A model generated the notes under the pieces. It was not told the origin of the DNA and searched no databases. It was given only the letters and a program-made list of their open reading frames with translations. The position numbers and the translations under genes are program-made. From Girardia tigrina (lineage: Eukaryota), in assembly GCA_001938485.1 (NCBI GenBank), contig MQRK01230892.1:47086-98092 (forward strand): 51,007 nucleotides of DNA, in the 5' to 3' direction. Positions 12,924 through 25,800 of this stretch are shown in pieces. How positions within the stretch are numbered: the stretch's first letter is position 1; each line of letters opens with the position of its first letter.

Positions 12924-15900
12924 TTAAACACTGACAAATTCTCTTTTTATAAATTGATTTAATTGTTTTCAAATTTTTTATTCCAACTTTCATTCAAAAT
13001 TCAACTCACTTTTTTTAACAATTTATTGTGACAAAATTTTACATTTTTAAATTTAACACACACAACACACATAACAAACACACATTTATCCAATCATTTA
13101 TTCATACATCATATATTCCTTACACACAAACACACTCCATTCACACAAAAATCAAACAAATGAAATACATACTTGCATTCAAAAAAAGAAAAAAAGAGGC
13201 TCACCATTTCGATTTAATTATATTGTGATTACATAATTTGACGTGGTGTATTAAAACTTTGGACAGTTCAAATTGATTTAACAATGTTCAAATTTACATT
13301 AATTAAATCGATAGGAGAAATTTATTTTAAATTACAATTTATCTATATATTATGAAAAAGCCAATTATTAATTTTATTTTAACTTTTTTAATTATTTTTC
13401 TTTAATTTAATTGATTTATTTAATTACTTAATTTAATTATATATTTTATTTATGAATTCCTGAAACTGGCAAAAATGGTCAGTCAAATCGGTAATTCTCC
13501 GCTCCACAACGGATTTCGCCATATTCAATCAGATGGATCTCTCATTTGCATTCTATATGCTACTTAAAGGTGACTCTAAAGTTTTATGACAGGAATATTA
13601 TGGTCATAATAAAGATCTGACAAACAGCGCAGTTACAGAGAGCTTTTCTAATTTTTTTCAAAACCAAGGAGCATAAAGTAAGAGATCTTTGTGATTCAGC
13701 TAAGTGTGCGAAAATTGATGCAGGAAGTATTTGAGAGTCAGATCTCAAAAGAAGAAATTATTTACGCTTTCATCGTTCAAGGATTACAAAATTCGAAATT
13801 AAAAGAAACTCTTATCTTGTAACCGAAGATTCCAAATGAAAGATATCGAGAATGTTGCGTGTTGGAAGAGGATTGGATCTCCAAAACTTTTTTCATCGAA
13901 TGTAAGATTAATGGGTATTTTCTCACCTAAAGATGAAATGTGTATTGGGAAATGTAAGGTGCAGATAGCATGGAATTCAAGAAATTCATAGATCGAGATT
14001 TATATCGTCAAAAGCCTCGTACCAGCTTTTTTTGGAGGAATCGATACGATGCAGAAATTTAGAATGGGATTGAAAGAAATTTTTATTATTGAAACAGGAA
14101 ATAAAATTAAACAAATTGACAACAAGAAATCTATCAATAAATTTCTCGAATGTTTTCCAGATATGGATAGTGAAATGAATCTGGATACAGATACCAGTTT
14201 TTCAGCGGTTGGAGGTGTATTAAGTCAAAGACAGAAGGATGGTTCAGAACAAGTTATTGCGTATGGATCTCGAACTCTGAGTGATCCTGAAAAGGCTATT
14301 GTCTGACAAGAAAAGAATCTTGGTACTTAGAGCTTTTATGTTGCACCTCAAACATTATTTTTACGACAGGAAATTCATAGCTCGTACTGATCATAAAACA
14401 CTTGTTTTTATGAATATGGCAAGAAGATCCGTCAGTCCACAATTTCAGACTTGGTTGGAAGATTTATCCTCTTTTAATTTTGAATTGTTATTCAGGAAGG
14501 GATCGGATCATTCAAATGTAGATAGAATTTCACGAATAGCAGAATCTCTGTGTGCACAGTGTATTAAGAAGCACATTGGAGCAAAGGCAATCAAAAACAA
14601 AGTTAGGTATTTAAATACACTAAATGTAGCAGATGTTCTTGATATTTCAAAAATACAGAAAACGGATAAAGATATAAGTGAGATGATAAAATCGTTAGAA
14701 TTGAACAAACCACCAACACTGGATATGCAAAAAAATCCGTTATGGTCGTTTTTGGATCAGATGGTAATTAAAGACGGTCAATTATGTTTCAATGATGGAA
14801 ATAGTAAGCAATTAGTATTTCCCGAAGCTGGTAAACGACAGGTAGTAGAGCTTATACACCATAAATTATGTCACCTTGGTTCAAAAAACTTTATGAATAC
14901 ATGAAAGACATTTATTTTGAGCAAAAAATGAATTAATCAATAAGGAAAATATCGCAAAAATGTGAAGTTTGTATTAGGAGAAAAGTTACAACGACACCTA
15001 CGGAAGAAGCATTTTTACCTTGAGAAGATTTTCAACTATTTGAACAAGTGGTCATGGACATTGCTTACATGACAGTATCAAAAACTGGTAAAAAAACATG
15101 TTAGTATTAATTGACAGGTTCAGCAAAGTCGTCGTTCTAGTAGCCTTAAGAAGCCAAGCAGAAAGGTTAATAACTAGACCAAATCCTTCTTGCCAGAGAG
15201 GGGTAAAACATTTGAAAGCTCTAAATTGAAACATTTGTGTCAAAAATTTGGTATTCAGCAAGAATTTTCTTTTCCATACCAACATCAGTTTAATGGATTG
15301 ACTGAGCGTACTATTCGATCTGTTCGAGATATGTTGGTAACTACTTTAGAAAGTCAGAAATCGTCACTAGATTGGGAAGATTTACTTCCAAAAGTGGAAT
15401 TTTCTTTGAATACGACTTGGCAGAGTGCAGTTGGTATAAGTCTATGTGAAATACTATTTTGACAAAATCTGGAGACACATAGGATATTTAAGAAGATGGA
15501 ACAGTCTCCATTAAGAACAAAAGCGCAAGGAAATACAACGATTCCATTTAACCGGTTGCAAATGCAAAATGATAAAAAGCGGAGTCATTGAGTTTTCAAT
15601 GTGGGAGAGGAAGTGCTAGTGAAAGTAGATCCACACAAATGTCGGAATGCGGGAATGAGGTACGAAGGCCCATATCAGATTGTAAAGTTTCTTACTCCAC
15701 ACCAAGCGCTGTTGAAAATTGGAAGTAAATTAAAGCTACGACGAATTGAATGGCTTAAAGAATATGTTCATTCGCACAACGAAGAGGAGAGGAAAGTTAG
15801 AAAATAAATGGTTGTTTAAATAATCATTATTGATTGTGTTATATTTAAATATATTTTTATGATGATTAGTTCTCCTGATTTTACTCTTGTTATAGGATTT

Positions 15901-16892
15901 CCTGTCTTCTCTTTTACGATCTTTAATATAAAAACTTGTCCCTAATACTTGTCTCTTTTAACATAAAAACCTTCTCTTTGTATACCGTTTCTTTAAAATA
16001 TAATTTTTCTTATTTAATAATTTATATATTTTTTATTTATATAATTATATTTATTTTGGTAAAAAGGTAAATAAATTTTTATTTCAGCTATTAATTAAAA
16101 TAAATTATAATTTGAAAATATATAATCTAATATAATCTAAAATAGCGATAATGAAGATATTAATATCTATATTAAATCACAGTTCTAGGGATAAAGATTT
16201 TCTTCTATTTTTCAAAAGATTTGTATTATCTGAACGTAAAAATTATATACTTTTCGTTTTTGTTAAGAACAATTCGTATTTGTTTTTACTCTTTTCATTA
16301 ATCGAAATAAATTAAAATTCAATTTAATACCCCATCAGAATTATATTTAATGGTATTATATTCAGCAGTACCGTGAACAAAATTTTTGCACCACTAGAAA
16401 GTTCAACTACTTAGAGACACTCAACTCGAATAAGGGAAAATACTCTTGAAATTAATATAATAAAATTGAATATAATTTCTTTAGACGTAAATATTTAAAA
16501 AATCAATTATCACAAACAAGAAATAATAATTTTAATATACACCATTTTCCGGTTAAATTGATAAAAAAACAATTCTAATGAAAGCGATTTCTTTAAGTGT
16601 TAGTAAAACATCAAAATATTATTGCTTATTGAATCAATTATTCCAATGTCAGCCATATTTGATTGAAAATAATTTTCAAAAACAACAAAATCTATTGGAA
16701 ATATTATAATTATATGAAAAAAAACTATACTAGAAAATCACAGAAAAAAATTTCTACAAAAAAAATCGAAAAAAATTTCAAAAAAATAATTAATATACAT
16801 ATAAAAAATGTCGTAATTTCCATATAATAATAAAAATAATAATAATAATTTGTCGATTTGTTTTACTGAACACTTATTTCAAGAAATTCAAA

Positions 16893-19800
16893 ATGGAAAG
16901 CGGGTTGCTTATCACCAACATCAAGTCGACTATCGATGAAGTGATTTTTTATGACTTTTCAATTGAATTTTTCAACAAAACTCGTTAATCTGTATCCCAG
17001 AAAACGATTCGCAGTGGATTCGAAGAGTTCGGAAAGATTCTCTATTTCAATCTATTGACAGATAAATTCAACGGGAAAACGAAAGTCTGGTGAGTAATGA
17101 AAATTGATTGTTGTTCGTGGAGAGAGAACTGATATTGATTGTCGTTGTTCCCATTCAGCTATTTGAACTACGGCAGCAGCGAAGAGGCTATGAAGGCGCT
17201 CCAGAAATACGACAAATCGATGATCTACGGGGAACCGCTGAGGATCTCGTTCAAGAAGATCGTGTCGAGTTCCGAGAGAGGTTGAAAGAGGCCCATTGGG
17301 AGCAGCGTTCTTCCATGATCGACTTTGAGAATACTCTCAGTTCAATCGAGAGAGAGAGAGCGATTTTGTTGTCGCTTTTTCGACCATTTGGGAACTGCTT
17401 CCTGTCTGCTCCCACCGCTAGAATTTATAATTAATAATCTATTTTATTATGTTTAAATTATTTATTTATTATTTAACTATTTATTTTTTAATTATGATTT
17501 AACTAATTAATAATTTGTTTAATTAATATAATTTCTTATTTAATTAATTGATTTATTTAATTATTCATTAATAATTTATTTAATTAATTAATTATTACTA
17601 TATTCATTATTTAACTATTTTATTTATTATTTTTAATTATTTATTTAATTAATTAATTTTTAATAATTCATTTTATTATTTATTTATTAATATATTTATT
17701 ATTTATCTTTCATTTAATTATTTATTTTTAATTATTCAACTAATTATTAATTTATTATTTTTTTTAATATTTAATTATTTAATAGTTAATTTAATTATTT
17801 ATTTAATAATTTCAAATTATTAATTGTTTTATTTTATTTTTTGATTTATTTTTTAATTCTTCAATTTTTTAATATTTAATTTAATTTTTTATTTAATTAA
17901 TTAGTTTATTTTATTTTTTTAATAATTTATTTTATTTATTATTTATTTAATTATTCATTTAATTAATAATTTAATTTATTAATTGATTTACTTATTTTAT
18001 TAATAATTATTTATTTATTCAATTATAAATTTAGGTGGGACAGATCGGAAGTCTTTATTAATTAATATTATTTAATTATTTGCATTAATTATCAGAGTTT
18101 TTGCGGCTTAACATTTGGGGAGAATTTGAGTGACATGATATGCAATTATCTTTATTTCGATTTATTAATTAATTATTCTTAAATGTCAATTTTATTTATA
18201 TTTTAATATTGAAATTCATTTACGTATCTAATTATTATTATTCATTAAGTGATTTATTAATTCTTGTTATTATGTATTAAATTGTTTATTAATTATAATG
18301 AATTAATATTATTTATATTTTAATTATTTATTAAAATTAATTTATTTAATTATTATTCGTTTAGTTATAGATTAATTATTCTTTTCTAATTATTTATTAA
18401 TAAGAATTCTGTAATTATTTATTGTCCTTGTTCGCGTCTTCAAAGAGGGCTTATCCAGACAATCACTATTCTGTTGACTCGCACTTTGAATGGGGCTTCT
18501 TCCTTCACCACTACATTTGCCAGGAAAGTCTCACAGATTCCAGTTGTTCTGACTGCACACCATGGGCTGTCACCTAATTTCACCAATCAAGAAGGGTGCA
18601 CGAAAATTGAACACAGTTTTCTGATACCCATGGATTTCAATTTGTTTCAGAACTGTCTCAACACTGTTGACAGCATTTTTAAGTTAATTCGACGCATTTC
18701 GTCCATCATCTTCTCTAATTTTTCATCAACTTTATCAAAAATTTCTTCTTGCTGAACTGATTTATCTTGATTAATGACGAAGGTGCAACCACCTTCAAAC
18801 TCTCTGATCCATTATTTAACAGTTGTCAGAGACGGGGGTCACGTAGGTAGGTGACTGCAAAAATCTTAGATATCACAGCACGTCTTATTCTGCAACACAA
18901 ATAACTTGATGATACTTGGCTATTCACCGTCTGAAATCATCGCTGACGAAATTCAAAAATGTCGCCATAAAAATTTCAATAGGTTTGATAAAATAAAACA
19001 ATTACTGATATTATAACTATTTAATCGTACAAAAAAACTAAAATTTACTATTTCTTTTTTTCACCTTAGATTGGGTACTCTTTGAGCGCATCCCAGATTT
19101 CCGTATTTCACGGCAATTTTCTGTTTCAGAAGATTCGCTGCTTCTGTCTGTTTCGTGTTAATTCTTGTTTTTTTTAAACTAGTGTCCATACAGATCTCCA
19201 CACAAAAGTTTTTTTGAAATTGTTACTAACGTAAAAGCAAATTATAACCGGTAATTCCTGTTCCATCTGAGTCAGTACTGGATCTTTAATGATTTGAACA
19301 AGTAAATCAAAAAAATATTTTTAACTACTTATAATTTATAAGTAGATATCTTACAATTAATATTGTTCTAGAACTCAGAATATTCCGTTTGTTCCCATTT
19401 TGGGACTTAAAAATTTTTTTTCCACCAAATTTTCCCATAATCATTTTATTGTCATTAATTAATTTATTGTCATCGAGAATGAATAAGTGTGCAAAGATGG
19501 GAGAAAGTCGATTGAGTAAAAGACCTTCAAAAACAGGTTTCTAAATTCCATGGATACATATATATATATATACGTGTGTGTTATGCCGAATTCGTGAATT
19601 AGGCAAAATATTTTGCGGAGTTCACTAACTATATGAAAAATTATCAATTTAATATGAGAAAATATATTAAATATGAAAAAATCTCAATTTATTATGCAAA
19701 ATAGACTTCAAATGTAAAATTTTTATTCATGATTATTTAAACTTCATTGGTGGCAAGATGAATTGCAAACGTTTGTATTTTAAATGCATTTTATAGCAAA

Positions 19801-22800
19801 ATGATATTTTTTATATTAAATTGATATTTTTTCATATGAGATGTTGATATCAATTTCATAATTGAATTAAAAACTTTTAAAAAATATCAGCAATTACATA
19901 AATTATATATATTAATAATTTATATAATTAATGTAATTTTATATAAAAAGTGAGCTAATAAAAAGAATAGAAAAATAGAATAATGTTTAATTAAAAGAAG
20001 TTTATTCACATTTTAAGATAATCAATTAAAAAATTTATTTTTCGAAAGTTTTTTCATATCGAACTGAAAATGTGGTCCAAATATGTTCTTCGATAGCCGT
20101 TATGATTTTGCTGACAGAAAATGTCGTTTTAGGATAGTGTTTTCTTGATTTTTAACTTTTATCCACAATCTTATTATCCATCTTTCATGCATTCTATCAA
20201 CATATCGATCAATCAATGATAAATATTAAAATTTATATATGTATATTTATTCTTTCTGCTCTTTTCATAGATTAATGCCTTCTAAAATGGCCATGTTTTA
20301 TCAAAATGAAAAATGGTAAATTTTCATTGACGAATTATCATTAATCTTGTTAGGTTTTCAACCATAACTTATATATTTAGCCAATGTTTGTTTGTGGCTC
20401 ACACTTGATAATCTACTTAAAACTGTAAATAGATAATTAATATTATATATATATATATATATGAAAACAACATTTTTCTTTCTTGGGTAACATAAAAATA
20501 TAAATTTAATAGATAATAATATAAATTTCTCAACTACGCTTTCTTGGTTGAACTGGGAAATTATGGAAGAAATTTCGTGGCTCTATTATTGAGGGGTGTC
20601 AATTAATCAGCGCTCGTTTTCAGCCCCTATAAACGGACACCAGTCAGCACCCGTGCCCAGGAATCCGAGTTTTGGCCGAGGTCGAGGAATGGCTGGTGAT
20701 ATGATCAAAAGCTCCCGGGGGGCACCAACAGGATCACCGATCGTACTGCGTACTCTCGATATTCCACTGAATGTAAACTTGATTTTTTTATCTATTATAA
20801 ATTTTTTTTAAATTTCATGCCAAAATATCGCAAGTAAAAATTATTCTAACTTTGTCAAGTCATCGAGAGTAGGATGTGTGCTTAAATATGGATCTCATCG
20901 TTACTTAATACAACTAGTAAATCAAAAAAATTAAATTTATATATCCATTCTTTATGCAGACAGAACTCTACTTTGCCAACAGAGATTTTAATTAAAAAAA
21001 ACACATTAAAAATTAATATGAACTACTTCTAATTTATAAATAGATGTATTGCAATTAATATTTTTCGATAACTCCGAATTTTCCGTTTTTGCCATTTTTG
21101 GATCTTAAAATGATTTTTTCCATCAAATTTTCACATTGTCATTTATTGTGATCGAGAATGAGTAAGTGTGCAAAGTTTGAAGAAAATCGATTGAGTAGAA
21201 GGCCTTCAAAAATAGGTTTCTAAATTCCATGGATACACACACATATTTATATATAGAAATTAAGTTAATAAAAAGAATGGAAAAAACTAATATTATCAGC
21301 ATGAATTATCTCTAATTGTAAACTTTTCGATTTTAATATACGAGGGGCGTTCCGAAAGTAAGTGGAAATACTTATATGCGGGTGTGCGCGTGTGTGTGCA
21401 TCTTACAGAGGGACAGATGGCGTGGAGGCGTGATGTACTTACCAGCCAATAGAAATCGAGCCAAAGTGGCATTGGTCCATGCAACATGTGAGCAGCATAG
21501 AGGAAACTGTCATAGGCAGTGTTTTCATTTTTGTTTAACACATGGAAGACGCAGTACGCTCTCAGCGTACCATCATCTTTTTCCTTTGGAAAGAGGATAC
21601 TCCAGTGTCTGACATTGTGCGCCGCTTATCAAATGTGTTTCAAGGAAGAGCCCTGCAAAAACGAGCACGGTAGAAAATGTGGAAAGTATCGGAGACCATC
21701 AATGCAAATCGCTGCCTTACCAAGTTTGACAGTGGTGAGGATGATGAATGACATTGTATTCCTTCAATAAATTCTTTCTTGTGGTGTCGTCTCCCTTTTT
21801 TCCACTTACTTTCGGAACGCCCCTCGTATCTATACATTTGTTTACAGTTGATCATTGGAGAATATTTCCTTATGAAATTAATGTAGTGTGAAGTACAGAG
21901 AAAAATTGGAAATGATTAGGAATAATATCGCTCTAATTGTTGTAATATTCGGGTTTAAACCAGAAATTAATCTTAATTTGATGCCGTAAAACGATCCTAA
22001 TTTTGAGACAAATAAAAATTTAGAACTTGCTTGTACAAATTATATGAACGAAGAAAATGTCTCCAGATATCAATCTACAATCATGATACAATCTTTTCCA
22101 GAATCTCGCTAGAAAAATGTTTTAATTCGTGTTTTCTTTAGAGCAATCAGGAATTACAATATCTAAATTTCTCCTCGTTGGTGGGATAAGGATGATGGGG
22201 GATCTGTCGTAGGGATTTCAAATTTCTTTTTCTCCGATATATAAGCTTCTAGAGAAACCATATTCGTTGTACTGTGATATATTTTTCTTGGTTTCTCGAT
22301 GCTTGTTTCATTTTTAGCTGGATTCGCACAATGAGAATGTTCAGTTACTGCACGACCTTCAGAATTATTACTTAATAATACGTGACCAGAACATATTTTT
22401 TCAAGAAGTCTTCATGATTATCTTTATTTTTAATAGCCAATCAGTACGCGCGTACGCAGGGGGATTAGGGGATTCATCTTGAACTGCATATTATTAAAAA
22501 TAACTTTAAATGTTTAAGTTTAAAAGGTGAAGTATCCAAAATTTTTTAAAAATTTGAGAAAATCGCATCCGAAAAATTTTAATTATGATCTTTTTTTTAA
22601 AGTTTTTTAAATGAATATAAGTTTTGTAGATAAGTAAGTCCTCCTATTTATAGATTCCAGTAATGAATAATGGATAAGGGAACCTCACGTCGTATGAAGA
22701 TATTAAGCCAGAAGCTTTTTAGGAGGCCTGGGACGCTGAGGATGCTCAAAAAACACTCCCCTATTGTAGAAATAGACATGGTTATCAACCGCCGACTAAC

Positions 22801-25800
22801 CGACTTCATCGCAACACCGCTCATCAAGATTGATTCATCGAGAATCCTTGTGATTGCGAGGTCACACTGCCCACAGCCTTCACACCCAGATTAGAACGCC
22901 AGAGCCTTGTAAGTGGATTGCAAGACCACTGTCACTACAATAGTCTATCAGCACAGATATCGGCTAGCTTATTAAAAACTTTATCCTAGGAGTCGAACCC
23001 ATTCTAGTTTCCGAGGGACACTACGTGGAACAATGTCTGTCTGGCTTGTACAGTTGATCCTTTAATGGCTATGCAATATTAGTTAGGCTAAATAAAACTT
23101 TATTGGCAGAGTGACGATGGGGAGGCGTCATTGTACTAATCAAAATATCTTTCAATGGACTTTATCCATTGAATATTTGTAACTGTCATTTATATCCTAC
23201 AATTCTCAATGTGTTGAAGTTATTTGCAACTTTACCAGTAACAACAGTCACAGCTGAACCATCTTTTTCTACATAACACAGAATCAAGACTTACGAAGCA
23301 CGACATCAGAACAGAGATTGAATGGTTTAGCTATAATGAACATTCACAAAGAATTAATGGTTTTCTTAGAGATTGACAAAGTTATAGACACATTGGTGAA
23401 GAACATAAGACTTATGCTTCTATTTTTATTGTATAACTGTATGTAATTATGTTTATAAAATCTATTAAATGTGGTATTATCAATGCTATTATTTTAATAA
23501 TTAATTTAAATTTTTAAAGAAAACATATATTGGGTAATAGTATAACTCCCCCTTCGAAATAATTTTATGCGTACGCGCCAGCCAATCAGTAGCAACTTCT
23601 GACATTATTTTCTCTGTTGCTACGTATATTGCATATATTAGTTTATTTTTTCAACCAATAAACACAATTTTTATTACATTTAAAAACGTATCGTTTATTT
23701 ATTTAATTTTCATTAAACTTTTACTAATTCCAATTATGAAGCATTTGATATTTTTTTGTTATGAAACTCGGCTAGCGTTTTATGATAAAAAATTCCTAAT
23801 AAATATTTTATACGCTTTCTGTCGATAAAACGACAATCATTTTTTGATAAACTGTTAAGAAATTACTGTCGTAAACTTTGATATTAATCCATATCCAGAC
23901 GAAAACACCTGTGGAAATCATTGAATTAACGGATTTGAATGCAATACTAGCAAGGCCGATCTTGTTAACAGAGAGTTCAAAATCTCATTTGACAGAGATT
24001 CTCGGTGCTGTAAATGAGAACGTGAATACATTAGTGGATGTACGTGTGCCAGAGATCGGCGGTTATTATCTCGCCAAATGGACTGAAGATAACAATTTCT
24101 ATCGGGCAAAATTACTGGAAAAGAGCGGTAATAATTCGTATAAGGTTTGTTTTGTCGATGAAGGTACATCCGGAGATATTGTGAATGAATTGAGAGAGAT
24201 TCCAAAGGAGATATCAGATTTTCCGTGTCAAGTAAAGTCTTACTAGTGTGATGGGGTAAAGTTCAATGTGTCTATTGCAGTTTATTTCCTGCACAATGGA
24301 CTGTGAAGATTCACCTGAATTGATGAATCTCATAAAGGTTAGCGGCATTGACTCATCTGTGAGTGTTTATGTGACTAGCTCCGATTTCGCAGATGGAAAA
24401 TATCAGATCAATTTCTTTGTTGGCGGTTCGTTCGATATTTTTACATTCTTTTTCAATATTTTTTTTCTGTGATAATTTCATTAATTATTCTTTATATCAT
24501 ATTATAGTTCATTTATTCCTTTTTATAATTTAAAAAGGGAGCAGAAAGAGGGAATGTATACTAAAAATTAATATTACTATTTTTGTAAATGTTAGCAAAA
24601 TCTTTTTCATAGAAATTAACAATCACTATAAAATTTTGATTCATACCAATATTGATAACGTTTCCTGCTAAAATTACTGATTAAGTTTTATAGCTAATCT
24701 GTGTTCGCGCTTTTCTATCAAAGTTGTCAAAAGATTTCAATGCGAAGGCCCCAAAAGACCTTTTTGTCAAAGGAAGTGTACAAAACATCGTGTTGGAAAT
24801 CGTGTTATGCCCAAATATCTGACTTGCTTATTTACAACTGCTGGAGCTTCATGGATAATTTCTGGATAGCATAATCATGAAATATAAAACGCCAATCAGT
24901 CTGTTTGTCTCTGAAAGCAAACATGATTCTGCTGGAATGAGATTCTCTTATGTATCATGAAAACTTCGTTGTGGATCCTCTTACAACTCTAACAATTAAG
25001 CGTTGCCATTTAGCTACTGCAACAGAAGTGAAAGTAAAAAATACTTTCATTCGACTATCTTAATTCCTTAATCGACTTATGACTGCACTACGAGCTTATT
25101 TTGAAGGTAATATAGCGTCTTTTGATTATTAGGTTTATGAATTAGAATGATTATACTAATTTTACATTCACCAGGGATTTTTTAAATAATGTAATTATCT
25201 TTTTAAGTGTGAATATATAAATATTTAAATCAAATAATATTTGAAATTGAATGACAAACGCGCTGATAATATAGGTGCCCATGAATTGAGGTTGTAAACA
25301 ATTTCAAACAATATTCTGATACAGATTTTGTTATAGGTTTTCCATAAATCCTACTGTGTTATTTAGGGTTTTCTATACCTTGAAAACATTGTTTCTGTTT
25401 TTTAATTATACTTGGTTCGGTTTTACGACTTGTAAGGATTTTATATCGCTCAAAATCCTGATTCTCAATAATTTGATTTTAAATTGCAAGCATTTAAATT
25501 CTAATTTGAAATTATACTTTTGTATATTGCGGAAATTTTTCAAATATTTTTAAAAATTAAAAATGTTTTAAGATTTATTATTCAAAAGATATTAACATAA
25601 TTTAATAATTTTTGAATGCTTTGTCTTATTGTACAAGAAATTTAATTATTGTGCTAATTTTTTAGGGATATCTATTTAATTTTCTTGTCAAATTGAGTCT
25701 AAATATTGTAATTTATAGTTCATTTTAAATAGAATTAAATAAATTGCCTTGTATAAATCTTTATCAAGTTTCGATTCATGTATTTGGTTGTTGCATAAGT

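Larger units (their letters stand above)
12142..15885 (+). mobile_element. Ty3/Gypsy-type LTR retrotransposon, non-autonomous (no recognisable RT), with 91-bp LTRs
   Basis: LTRs 12142-12232 and 15795-15885 (1 mismatch). TSD CTTGT at 12137-12141 and 15886-15890. PBS-like TGGCGACCAC at the 5' LTR end; purine tract gaagaggagaggaa before the 3' LTR. gag start ~12258. RNase H (LDTDTSFSAVGGVLSQ...VIAYGSRTLS, FIARTDHK), integrase (HHKLCHLG, YQHQFNGLTERTIR) and GPY motif (RYEGPYQIVK). Confidence 0.92.

Noticed and set aside
17341-17430. Possible extra exon after ctctcag (would make a 60-nt intron)
   Set aside because: No convincing phase-compatible donor; the model works without it. Needs RNA-seq.
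17108-17434. 108-aa ORF overlapping exon 3
   Set aside because: Wrong frame; the RRM reads in another frame once spliced.
21880-22430. Possible FLYWCH/MULE remnant on the minus strand
   Set aside because: Only an HSH-type motif is recognisable; too decayed to call.
24680-25100. Possible hAT transposase remnant
   Set aside because: Motifs too degraded to assign.
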